This document shows, piece after piece, positions 1-11,400 of a DNA stretch of 41,286 nucleotides. The notes under the pieces are model-generated. The model did not search any database. It saw only the letters and a list, made by a program, of their open reading frames with translations, and was not told where the DNA came from. This stretch comes from Chiloscyllium plagiosum (Eukaryota), in assembly GCF_004010195.1 (NCBI RefSeq), contig NC_057750.1, forward strand, positions 10,596,643-10,637,928, written 5' to 3'. The stretch's first letter is position 1. Each line of letters starts with the position of its first letter. The position numbers and the translations under genes were made by a program.

Positions 1-417
1 TTAGCTGTACAAGAGCACACATGTTGTTCCCTGAAACTCTTGGCCCCTAGCTCACTCAACATTCATCTCACTCTGCAAAGTGATAAAGCACTAGTTCTTG
101 GGATGAATTCTGAAATGACTTATACCCTGCCTCCACACCTGCCCAACCTCCCATCAGGAAACTCGGCAAGCCAGTGGAAGTAAGGGATGACTTTGAGGGA
201 ATAGTACTAAGGTCCAAAGTGCTGACCTATTATTGGATGGTCCCAAATTTGATTGCAGACAAATGGACACTTGCTGTTGGTGTTCCTGGTGTGTCAAGTT
301 GGTGGGTGGACAGTGTTGATGGGGCATCCCTGGATGCAATAAAGCAGCCTCTTCTGTGCTAAATTGTTGGTTAAAGTAGAGGAAGAGATGGCATAAACCA
401 GGTTAATTTTCCCTGAA

Positions 418-507
418 CTGAAAATGTGTTGCTGGAAAAGCGCAGCAGCTCCGACAGCATCCAAGGTTCAGGAGAATCTACGTTTCGGGCATAAGCCCTT
501 CTTCAGG
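418..507 (-). mobile_element. Short Penelope-derived element carrying a hammerhead core
   Basis: Perfect 13-bp direct repeat AATTTTCCCTGAA at 405-417 and 508-520; same family at ~20350-20440 and ~37815-37940. Confidence 0.75.
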
Positions 508-510
508 AAT
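475..510 (-). ncRNA. Minimal type I hammerhead ribozyme motif
   Basis: Minus strand ATTC CTGAAGA A GGGC TTAT GCCC GAAAC GTA GATT: intact core, perfect stem II, GUA cleavage triplet, stem I with one U-U mismatch. Confidence 0.65.
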
Positions 511-1169
511 TTTCCCTGAAGTTTAGAAGCACAAAGGTTGATTTGATTCAAGCTTTCAGTATATCATGAGGACTGATCAGGTAGATTCATAGAATCTCTG
601 CAGTGTGGAAGCATGCCATTCAGTTGATTGAGTCTATATTGACCCTCTGAAAACCATCCCACCCTTACTGGGTGGATGTACGTACAGGTACAGCACCTCA
701 AATTTGGCTACCTGGCAGCTGTTGGTTATCTGAAATTAAGTCAAATTAAAATCATGACCTACCTGGACAATTTGGCGAGGTGCTACATTGGTGTGATGCC
801 ACTTCAGGCTAGTGTCCAGCTTTGCTGCTTCATGATCCTGCATTCCAAGTGACCCTTGATCCCATCTGACTCTGTTTGAGCTGAACAACCCACAGCCCGA
901 CCCAAAAGCTGGCATGACCTTGGTTCAAAGGTTGCCGGTTTGAGGTATGGCATCTCTGTTGAGACATGGGCCCCACGTGGTGTTAAGAGATGGGATGTGT
1001 AATTCGATTTTAAATCAGCCATGATTGCATTGAATGGCAGAACAGGTTCAATGGGGTAACTGATGTGCCCTGACCGTGTTCTCCTGTTCTAATTCTTTCT
1101 CTCCCATGAGAAGAGGGGGAGTTATGCCTGGTTTCTGTGACTCCCAGATGATTGCACTTGACAATGGAG

Positions 1170-1420
1170 AAATCTGAACTGAGTCAATCTAATAGCAGCT
1201 GGTGGAATTAAAGCTTTTTAATAAATCTGGAATTAAAAGCCCATCTCAACAACAGTGCTCATGGAATGATTATCAGTTGTCGTAAAAATCCATCTGGTTC
1301 ACTATTGTCCTTTAGGGAAACAATCTTGCCACCCAGATCTCTGAAATTCTCCCAGCATGGCACTCAGTTCATTGGTGAATAGGGATGGGCAACAAATGTT
1401 GGCTTTGTCAGTGACATCCA
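1170..1420 (+). mobile_element. Degenerate tRNA-type SINE (family also at 17440, 28425, 38648)
   Basis: aataaatctggaattaaaagc ... ctggttcactattgtcctttagggaa ... agggatgggcaacaaatg, shared with the other copies. Confidence 0.65.
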
Positions 1421-1544
1421 TATTAGAGTGGGACCATGTGAATGTCAGGAGGAAAAAAAATGAGCCCCTACTTAATCTAACCTCTACCAGCTTGGTCCCT
1501 TCATGAACTGATGGTAACTGAGTTATTAATCAATCATTGGAAGC

Positions 1545-1980
1545 ATTCACAGGAATGGTTCTGGGGTGAGCTATGAACATAAATTGGAGAGGTTGGCACT
1601 GTTTACCTTGGAGTAGAAAAGGCTGAGGGAAGATCTGACAGTGTCTTCAAAATCATGAATGGTGTGGACAGGGTAGAGATGGAGAAGCTGTGCCCGCTGG
1701 TTAAAGGATGGAGAAGGAGATGGCATGGATGGAAAATAATTGGGTAAAGGTGCAAAAGCAGCACAAGGCGAAACTACCGGCAGCGAGTGGCTAATGTTTG
1801 GAATGCTCTGCCCAAGACCGCGGCGGAGGCAGGTTCAGGCAAGAATTTCGAAATGGCATCGGCCTGTGAGGCGAAAGGGAAGAATGTGCAGAGTCACGGG
1901 GAGAAGGTGGCAGATGGCTCTGAGTAAATTGCTCATTTGAGAGCCATGGCAGACGCCATGGGCCAAATGGTCTTATGCTC
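1545..1980 (+). mobile_element. Old CR1 LINE 3' fragment
   Basis: Degenerate [14 protein letters not shown] coding remnant and CR1-type tail gggccaaatgg. Confidence 0.65.
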
Positions 1981-2677
1981 TGCGATCATTTTCATATAAT
2001 AGTTTACCATAGACTCGAACGTGAGACAAGGTTTACCCCCCCCCCCCCCCCCCACCCATACAGCCACCACTGGGGGGAAAGCTTTGGGAAGTAAAGGTCA
2101 AATGCCACCTGCCCCTCCCAAGCACCTGCATCACTCTGCTTTTGCCTTTTATCATGTCATGAAGTTTGGTGGCTATTGTCCTTGATGTTGACATAGTGTA
2201 AGGTGGTTGCACATTGTACAATCATCTCCTCTGATAGAAAGCTGCTCATCAGCAATGGCAGCTTCACCGCCAGCATTGGTTTTCATTGTAACTGATCATC
2301 CGAGACCCTGGTGGAAATAACCCGATGTAAAAATGGAGCTGGGTAGCGGATTCAAAGAGGTGGCCAAAAATGAGACGCATTGAAAAAGGCTTGTGAAGGT
2401 GCTGAGGATGGCAAGGAGGGAGTTGGCTTCAGAAGGTGTGAATTCTGAGCTGTACAAGGTTAAAGTCCATGGGGAGGAGCAGGAGGCCACTCAGAAGAGT
2501 AGAGAATATAAAAATGAGGCTGAAGCAGGTTGCAGTGGTCAAGAGGAGTGGTGAACAGTAAGGGCGAGAATTCTAAAATGGCCTTGAGCATTAGGGACCT
2601 GGCAAAGGCTAATGAGGATGGGGACAGGGCCAGTTGAACAGTCAGTGTTTTATTCACTTCCACTCTCTTTTTTTCAG

Positions 2678-2765
2678 GTTGGGAGGCGGTCCTGAAGATG
2701 CGAAGGAAGTCATGCATCATAAATTCTTTGTCCCGGTTAACTGGCAGGATGTTGTAGAGAAGCGG
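2678..2765 (+). CDS. AKT2: AKT2 (RAC-beta Ser/Thr kinase), third-from-last coding exon, 88 bp
   Basis: Acceptor ctctctttttttcag, donor CGG|gtaag; translates (R)[29 protein letters not shown]. Size and phase match the 88-bp AKT-family exon. Upstream exons lie outside the window. Confidence 0.96.
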
Positions 2766-2984
2766 GTAAGAGAACCAAAGCATTTGATTTCCCTCATTTA
2801 TCGCAAAAGAATTTCCCCGAATCAGACTGATCAGGAATCTGTCCGAGCTGGATTGCTTTGACTAACTAGTACGCTGTAACATTTTGCAAATAGCTCCAGG
2901 CATTGCTCTCCAGGATGTGGTATTGATGTTTCTCAGATTATGGTAGGGGCATAATGGGGACGGGGAAGTTGGAGACACTGAGGT

Positions 2985-3200
2985 CTGCAGATGCTGGAGA
3001 TCAGAGTTGTGTGTGTTGCTGGAAAAGCACAGGTCAAGCAGCAGTAGGGGTTTGTGTGAAAGCGAAAGAACTGCAAATGCTGCAAGTCCAAAATAAAACT
3101 TCGGTTCGGAGGATGAGTCATATTCATCTCGAAGCATAAACTCTGTTTCACTCTCCTCTAATGCTGCTGAATTTCTCCAGCACTTTGTTTTAGTTTTGGG
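2985..3200. mobile_element. Degenerate Penelope-derived short elements
   Basis: ctgcagatgctggagatcagag...tgctggaaaagcac and aactctgtttcactctcc...gaatttctccagcact match the families at 37815 and 29823. Confidence 0.6.
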
Positions 3201-3404
3201 TTTGTGTATATGAGTAGGTGCCACCCAGGTTTATACTGTGTGTGTTGCGTGGCAGAATGCAGAGGGGGAGAATGCTGGTTTAAGGTGAACACAGGGAATG
3301 GGGAATATGAATAGGGAGAAGGTGGTACAAGTAAACCGGATACTGCCTGGGGTGTGGGTAGCTACCAGCCATGATGGTGGGGGTGATGGATAAAGTCTGT
3401 GTTG

Positions 3405-3800
3405 CTTCGATTAGCACCACATCCACAAACATCCACTCCCTCCACCACCCATGCTCTGTAGCTGCTGTGTGTACCATCTACAAGATACACTGCAGAAATT
3501 TACCGAAGATCCTTAGACAGCACCTTGTAAACCCACAACCACTTCCCTCTATAGGGACAAGGCTTCCAGGTACACCAACCTTGCAAGTTCCCCTCCAAGC
3601 CACTCAAAATCCTGACTTGGAAATATTGCAGTTTTACTGGGGCAAAATCTGGAGTCCTTCTCTAATGTTGTACCAATGTCAAATGGACTGCAGCGGTTCA
3701 AAAGGACAAATCGCCACCACCTTCTCAAGGTCAAGTAGGGTTGGGCAATGCATTCTGGCCCCCCAGTGACACCCATATCCCACAACTGAATAAATAAAAA
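3405..3800 (+). mobile_element. 3' end of a second LINE family (CR1/L2/Jockey-group)
   Basis: Colinear with 18550-18920 and 38490-39180; ends in an A-rich tail. Confidence 0.75.
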
Positions 3801-3927
3801 AGCCAAGCTGGATCTTTGTCCTGATCTCTTGCAGCTTTCGGCACAGCAGGAGTTTTGGAGTGATGCAGTTGTTTGTGCTTGCATTAAGCTAATTTCTCTT
3901 ATCCATTGTTCACTTTCCAAACAACAG

Positions 3928-4030
3928 CTTGTGCCCCCATTCAAACCCCAAGTATCCTCGGAGACAGACACACGATATTTTGATGATGAATTCACAGCAG
4001 AGACGATAACAGTCACCCCCCCAGATAAAT
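3928..4030 (+). CDS. AKT2: AKT2 penultimate coding exon, 103 bp (AGC C-tail: PxxP, FDDEFT, turn motif TPP)
   Basis: acaacag| acceptor, AAAT|gtgagt donor; [34 protein letters not shown]; in frame with the flanking exons. Confidence 0.97.
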
Positions 4031-4974
4031 GTGAGTATTTAAACCACATGCCGACCTGGTGAGTCAATTGGGACCTTTTGTTTGAGGTTCCTCCTCCACG
4101 TTTGCTGCTTTAGGGTGAAAGAGAACCCTGAATTGGTTGACTGTCGTTTGTCAGCTAGGATGACGATCAGGTTGTGTAGCATTTTTTATCATCCTTGTAC
4201 GAATGCGGTCAAATTTTTCATTTTCCTTCTAGGTAAATAGCCCCTGCATTGAATTTTTCAACTGAAATATAGGAAAGTAATTTAAAATATAGTCTATTCT
4301 CTTTCAATATTCTCTGCATTGAGGGGCATGAAAGTCAAACAAAGCAACCACCATTGCAGAAACATCGAATTGGTTGTTCTCTGATGTTAATTTTAGATAA
4401 ATGACACCATTTGCCTCAAAGAAAATTTGCTGAAATCCTGTTCTAGATTGTTTTGCAAGTTATTTGGAAGGAACGCCAAGGATCTTTCTCCATCCCCTGA
4501 CCTTTTTTTAATGCAGATTATATGCTCTGACTGCAAAGGAATTGATGAAAGTGGAATTGAACAATTCTGGAGTAAAGATGGAAGCTTATGTTCTTGAGCA
4601 GAGAAATATATTAAAAGTGTAACATTTTGAATGAAGGTATTCAGTGGGCAAATTAAATCAAGCAAATGAGAGATGTGGACATGTTTAAGCCTTTTGTTTT
4701 GTTTAAAAACTTTGTGCATTCGAAGAGTTAGTGCCTGAGGAGTCAGAGAAGCTGCCTGCAGAATGACAAGGTCACAATGAAACGTTGACTTGTTTAAGTG
4801 AAAGGTTCTAGTTTGAACTGTTTGGCTTTGATCTTTCCACTGAAGAACAAGACATTCACACAGTTGTGCAAGCTCTTCAGTCTATACGGGCATATCGACA
4901 GCTCAGTTGGGCCACAAGTTGTTAACATTTGTCCATTTAGAAGTCTTTGTCACTTCTTTAAAAAAACTCACTCA

Positions 4975-5163
4975 AGATAATGAGACACAATTTCCCACAC
5001 ACAAAGCCACATTGACTGTCTCTGATCAGTCCTTGCTTTCAAATGCATGTAAATTCTGTCCCTCAGAATCTTGTCCAATAACTTAACCACCACTGACGTC
5101 AGGCTCACTGCTCTATAGTTCCCTGGCTTTTCCTTAGCACTTTTTAAAAATAATGACACCATT
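4975..5163 (-). mobile_element. CR1 reverse-transcriptase fragment in the last AKT2 intron
   Basis: KEKPGNYRAVSLTSVVVKLLDKILRDRIYMHL matches the CR1 RT motif NYRPVSLTSVVGKLLE. Confidence 0.85.
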
Positions 5164-5410
5164 CTAGTTAGTCGAATTGGCTGCTTGCAGAGCGGGTATC
5201 ACAACTTTACCCCACCCCTCCACTTCGCTGGTTTATAGGTTTGTTAAGAAACCCCAATTGCCCCCTGGTAGCCCCCCCCAGACTTGGGGAAGTTGGCAGA
5301 AGATCCTGGCCATTTTCAGCTGTGCAGTTTGCGAGAGGGCCCAGAGTGATTCTTACCCTGGCTCTGCTCTTTCCTTTCATTGTGGATGTTTTTCTTTTGT
5401 CTCCCTACAG

Positions 5411-5490
5411 TCGACAATTTGGACCTGACGGAGAGTGATCAGAAAGCACACTTCCCCCAGTTCTCCTACTCAGCGAGCGTGCGAGAATAA
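5411..5490 (+). CDS. AKT2: AKT2 last coding exon (80 coding bp) with hydrophobic motif FPQFSY and stop
   Basis: ttttgtctccctacag| acceptor; (F)DNLDLTESDQKAHFPQFSYSASVRE*. Not in the ORF track because it lacks a start codon. WQDVV, FDDEF, DQ and SASVRE resemble AKT2 (SASIRE) more than AKT1 (SASGTA) or AKT3 (SASGRE). Confidence 0.95.
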
Positions 5491-8400
5491 ATCCTCAGTT
5501 ATACCAAAAAGCAAAACCACCCAGGACATTCTCTTCCAGATCTGGAGAAGGCAAAACTACATTATCCCAAAACTCCACACAGTTTCCATTATCGGTCTTC
5601 AGCTCCCACCTTCGGAGTCCCAGGAACTGCAAGGCTCCACTGTATGGAAATTCACTACCAGTTCGTTTTCACTCTAGAAATTGTTTTTTTTTAATATAGA
5701 TGTACATAGTAAACAGCAGCAAACTTGCAGTGATTGTTCCACTGCTGCAGGAGCCACAGTATGGGACGTTTGTGCATATTTTAAAGAGACATCTGTACAG
5801 CGAGGGTGGTCCTCCCTCAACCAATGCCAGCTATGCACTCGCGCCACACCATGTCACTGTTCAAGCGTTTCCCTTGGTTCCTTTTGTAAAAGCGACATTT
5901 CACAATATTTCAATTATCAGCCCATTGGATATGAATGTAGAGACGTTCACACAGAAATCCAGCAGAAGGGCAGGTTTGCATGCAGGCATACACCTGGCAT
6001 ATGTGCACATTCGCCAGGCGTGTGCATGTGCGCTGAGGTATTTGCCAGGTGCATGCGTGTGATGCGCACAGGTATCTCGTGGGTGGTGCCATGAAGGTGG
6101 GTAAGCGCACAAACAAAGCAGTTAGAACAAATTCATTGACTCATAATTTGGCTGGCACTACGTTGTCACTGAGAGTTGAAGGAGCAGTGCTGAAGGTGGG
6201 ATGGCGTAGGGCTGGGTGGGGAGCTTTGTCGGGGGAGAAATCCTGGGCATTGCAGTTCATTTCAATATCAGCGGAGGATGGTAGAGATGATTTGGTTTAA
6301 TGGTCAAGACACCCTTGGTATTTCTGCCATTTTGTTCTCTCACTGTTACAGCCCACAGCCAATAGTGTTCACAGATCGGGGAGGACGACTTTTGGGGGGG
6401 GGGGGTAGAGGGGAGCGGTGTAGGTAGGTTTTGGGGTTTGATGTTACATGCTTCCGGTTCAATTGACAGGAAGCCTGACTGGATGGTGCGCTCAATCCAG
6501 CTGTTACTGAGATGTTCAGGTCATTGGGTGAACTCCCCAGAGCAGAGGTCACTGGTTCAACCCCAGGTTCAGTGCTGAACAAACAGATCTGGGTTTTGGT
6601 GGGGAGGGGGGGGGGGGGGCGCGCAGAGGGAGGAATCGGTCAGAAGGAAGTGCTTCAAGGTGAACTTGGGATTTTCCCAAACGGTTGTAATTGTTTTTGT
6701 TTTGTCAATATTCACAATGAGAGTGTAGACTTGTTTGGTTGTGAGCAGTGTATCTGAATGCATTCTCTTTAAAATGTCAGTGTTAATGTTCTGACAATCA
6801 TGGAACCTCCTGTAGGTTCTTGTTAGTCTGTAAGCAGCATCATGCCTGTCTGACTGATGCATTAAGGGTCTCAGTCCTGTTTATGTGACCCAGTCCTGGT
6901 AGAGCACCAGTGACGCTACCTTCTCACCAGGCACTCCGCTCCCTACCATCAAGACCTGACGTCAGCCTGAGCTGGTGTGCCAAGGCAGGCCAGTGTAACC
7001 GCCTCACCAACCTCTTCATCAGTACATGATGTGCCAGGTCTCCTGTATGTGGCCTGTCCTGGCTGCAATGATGCCCATACACTGGGTTCCCAGGGACCTG
7101 CCCATTGCAGCATTCAGTGAGCACACTGCCCTTACCTCATGCAAAGCCACCTGTTAGACATCGAGCAGCCTAACCACTATTACAAATTTCAGCTCTCCAT
7201 GTGGATTAACTCAGCATGGCTTCTTTAATCGGAAAGTACATATGGGCACAGGCGCGCGTGCGCGCACGCACACACACCCGCCCCTCCCCCTCTTCCCCCC
7301 CCCATCACTCTGCTAACCGCAACTTGCATTTTAATTTTTACTCATGGGTTTGTTCATTGCCCAGAAGCAAGTAACTTTACCTCTAACCTCAACAAAGCCT
7401 CACTTGCTAGGGGTAACACCCACTGGCACCCCACCCAAATGTAGGTATGGGTCCCAGCCACTTGCTGCAATGTGTATGGCTAAACCCAGAACCACCTGAT
7501 ATCTCAGGGACCATCCCTCCTGAAGTATTGCAGATGTGATAATTGAGCTGCTAATCCAAAGGAGTTGATAAAAGACCCTGCGATTGCTGACTTGGTTAGT
7601 GTTCATTAACACACCTTTTTCTGCCCAGCTGAATTTAACCTCTTTTTGCAAACAAATCTGACTTGGTAGCAACAGTTTTAACAAAAGTGTCATTCAGTTG
7701 GTGAAACTGTTAGCTTGATAATGGGGTTTTAGTTATGACATTGCTTTATCACTATCACATACAGAGACTTATTGACCCATTGAAGTTTGGTCTGGCATGT
7801 CCAGCACCCTCTTCCACCACAGGTTTTAGTCGTGTCATTTCATAAATTTGGCTTGGATTTGAAAGATACGTTTATATGTAAACAAGCAAGTCAGTCCTTC
7901 AGAGAGAGTGCTGAGAAGGTGAACATTTTGTTTACTGATGTGTAAAGAAGCACCATGACTGTACTCTTCAACACAGTCATTGGCTTCTCTACACTTGTAA
8001 GCGTGGTTAAACTGATAATCAGGGTCCACATCTGTTTTCTAATACAGATGCTTTGTCAGTCAGAGGTGAAAGTCAGTTCTTTACAAGGACTTGATGTGGA
8101 CTTTGTGGTCAGATCAAGCAGAGGGAGTGATTTTGCCAGGTTTTGAGATGAGGCATGGGGAGCCATTGGCTGAGTGTGGCTCTCGCAGACCCTTTGAGCA
8201 GTCTGTCACTGTCCTTGAGCCAGTTGGCCCAGTCCGATATCCGATTCCATTCCGAATTCCCAGCTCCCAAAATCACCTTTGGTTCCTGATTGGCGATGAC
8301 GTTTTAGGGTGGGCTTGTTATTGGAAGGTTTGCTCTGCTGTAATGCTCAGCAGGTCAGTCCAGCGAGCACATGCTTGTGTACCTGAGGCAGAGAATTGGC

Positions 8401-11400
8401 TGTGTGCTGTACTCCTGGGAATCTTTGGCTGGGGTGGGGAGCTATTATGTGAAAATATTAACTAGCAATTGGGTAGGACATGTGTGGGGATTGTTCAGTG
8501 TCATTTTTTTGTTCTGTGTTAGGTACGGAACAATATTTATTTAAGGTACTGTAGTGACATTTGAGAGTCAAGTCAACAGTGTTAATAAAAGGAGTTGGTA
8601 CATACTAATAAACAAGTTGTTGGGAGGTAGGAGGTCCTATGGAGATCTTTCTGCCACTTGTATTCACTTCTGACAATATGAAAGGCTGAGAGGGCTTTGT
8701 CTTATTAAGTTCCTGAGCTTACAGATGTATGTTTAGAATATGCAAAAACTGCTAAAAATCCCAAGTCAACACTTGAGGAGAGAGGCGTCCTCCAAAGGTG
8801 GAAGGGCGCAAGAACTTTGATAACATGAGGATGTGGGATGGCAGGTTTGTTTACCCAAACCACCACCACCTTTCCCCTGCCTTGAGTTTTTAACATGTTT
8901 ATGCAGTTTGTTAATCACCTCCTACTCTTGAGTCCAGAAACTGGCTAAAGCGCAGCCTCCTGGAGTTACCTGTCGGTGTATGGTCCCGGTCTGGTAACCA
9001 GATGACCAGGAGAGCAGGGACAGCTCTACCAAGACTGAGCCGAGTTGGGAGACATGAAGGAGAATCCAGGACTGGTTGGACCCTGTCACTGTTGGCTGGA
9101 CATGCTGGAGGGAGGCCATGTCGGTGCTGGAAGGAGTTGGGAGTGAGTTAGAGATGCCTTCAATTCTGGGATCTGTGCATGAAAGGCATATTCATGATCT
9201 GGTGCTTGCAAGATGCCATTTTACAATTGGCAATTTATGGAAGGTGACTTTTTTTAACAAAAAAAAGTGTCATGCAATGGTGATTCTACAGTGCTTTCCG
9301 TTGAGGAATGTGGAGTCCGAGCTCCGGGAAGCAATAATTTTGTTTCCCTTTTTAATGCTGTTTGTTAAAATTTTGCTTTTTTTTTCCCTTTTCGGCGCAC
9401 CCAACAAAATTCATTAGTAACTTTTAACTTAGGACATTTATAGACTGAAACGATATTTCTTTAAACAGAGTGTGATTCAGAAAAATTGAGTTGTGGAATG
9501 ATGGTCACCCTGGGCCAGGAGCTGTCTGCCCAGAACAAAGGAAGCCTGGTGTCACTTCCTCCTGTACTTCAAAACCAACGCAATCGATTCACCTGCAGCT
9601 GCATGCCTGGATTTTCTTCGGCACTGCCTTTTGGTCACCACCACCGCCCTCCAAATCCCCAAAGCCATCCCTTTTGTGTTTTGTTTTCCTCTGCTTCTTT
9701 CAGCCACAGAGAGAAAAATATAACCCTCATCGTCACAGTGGGTATGGAGGCCTGGCCAGTCTTGGCCTCCCACCCCTTGTCCCTACCAAGACCCTTTACC
9801 ACTCACGGGTGCTATTGGTACAACGTCTGGGTTGCATGCCCAAGAGGTGACCATATTGAATGTGGATGGGATGTTATTGTTGTCAATGCTGCTTTTTACT
9901 TCTGTTTTTTTTTTTGTCCCTTAATTTTCCCTCGACATGCCTTCCACCTGAAGGAACTGGATGGTCATGCTCGCCCCGTTCAGCACTGAGGTCTGAGCTT
10001 GGGCCAATGTTCCAACACCCCTTCTCCCCCTCATCCCAAACATCTCTCAAACTCCTACAGCAGCTGATTGTTATGCTAACTCTGGTTATTTTGAGGTGCA
10101 GTCAGTGTAGAATCCAACAAGGCTGAATTGTGTTTTTCTTGCATTGAAATATGTAGAGTTCAAATAATTCAACAGGAGGCTGCTCCTCTTGTCCACAGGT
10201 ACACAAGACCTTTACAATAACAGCCTGCAGCTTCTTTGACTGTATTTATTGGCGAGGCCTCTGGTTAATATCTCGGTTCTCCCCTCGTGTCTTCTCGCCC
10301 TACTACCAATCCTAATGCTGATTTGAGGGCTATTTATCTGGGGCCTTCATTGAATAAATGACCTTGTCCTTCATGATATAGAAGACACATACACAAATGC
10401 CTATTACCTCTTCTGAAGTGTCCTTCACTGAACATGTGGAGATTGGAAATGATGCGAATGGGCTGTGGCTTTGAGGGGACTGAGAACTGACCACACGTTG
10501 CCTTCCAGAGAACATACCAGGGTGCCTGGCACAGCTACACAGATATTTGTGCTACCAATATCACCAGTTAGACTCCTTTCATGTTTGCTTTAGGAAATAG
10601 CCCCAAACTGGTATTCGTCATCATGGCTCCAGTCTTCAGTCACGGCATTCTCCCGTGGTTCCAGTCAGGTTGAAATGGAGTTTGATAGAATGGCAATAAC
10701 AAGTCTTGGTTGTAACGTAGGCCAGTATCATGTTTGCCAGGCACCAGGTGCTAATTCGTAACGCAAACTGTCACCAAAACGATCAGCAAGTGTCTGGTCT
10801 GTTGCCCTTGTCTGTTCATAACCGTTCTCTGGTGCTGTCCCCAAATTACAAGCTTTGCCAGTTGCTCCTTCAGCTCTTTCTGGGGACTGTGCTTACTGAA
10901 CCCTGTGTCCTTGTCCCCATCCTCTGGTCTTCACCTGTTTCCCCCAAGGGGCTAGGAGAGGCACTGTACTTGCTTCCTGTAATGATGACACCTCCCAGAT
11001 GAAGAAACACCTTGCTTGGGCCAAACACAAGAGGTGAGGGGTGTGGAGGTAAGTGCATTGCTTGAAACTCTGTGACAATTGGCAATGACCTGGATTTTCC
11101 AGATACTTGTTTGAGCAGAGTAGATGTGAAGTGGGCCCCTGCAGAATCCCAATTTCGAGGGAATTGCCTGGGAAATTGAAGATTCCGCTTGGCTATTTCC
11201 CTGATCCCCAGAAGTATCCATTTAAATCAGAGAGCAAAAACTCTGCGTTCCATTGCAGTGAAGTTAAATAGTTACTGAGGAAAAGGGGCTGTTAAATATC
11301 TAATTCCTGGTTAACTGACCATCCTCAGCTGCCCCACCCAAGCCTATCTCACTTCCTCAACTACACCAACTCAGACCTTGACCTCACGTTCCCTCAGTAT

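Noticed and set aside
3829..4062. 77-aa ORF (and the 75-aa ORF at 2634-2861) as stand-alone proteins
   Set aside because: Both are AKT2 exons read through into intron, bounded by canonical splice sites.
2678..5490. Assignment as AKT1 or AKT3
   Set aside because: WQDVV, FDDEF, DQ-x-x-HFPQFSY and the SASVRE terminus fit AKT2 best; a phylogeny would settle it.
6470..6590. Possible ancient SINE head in the UTR (ggtcactggttcaaccccagg)
   Set aside because: Only a B-box-like match; no body or tail that I can support.
5681..11221. ORFs of 100-167 aa in the post-stop region (e.g. 9486-9989)
   Set aside because: No recognisable domains, overlapping frames on both strands, and UTR-like composition with homopolymer runs.
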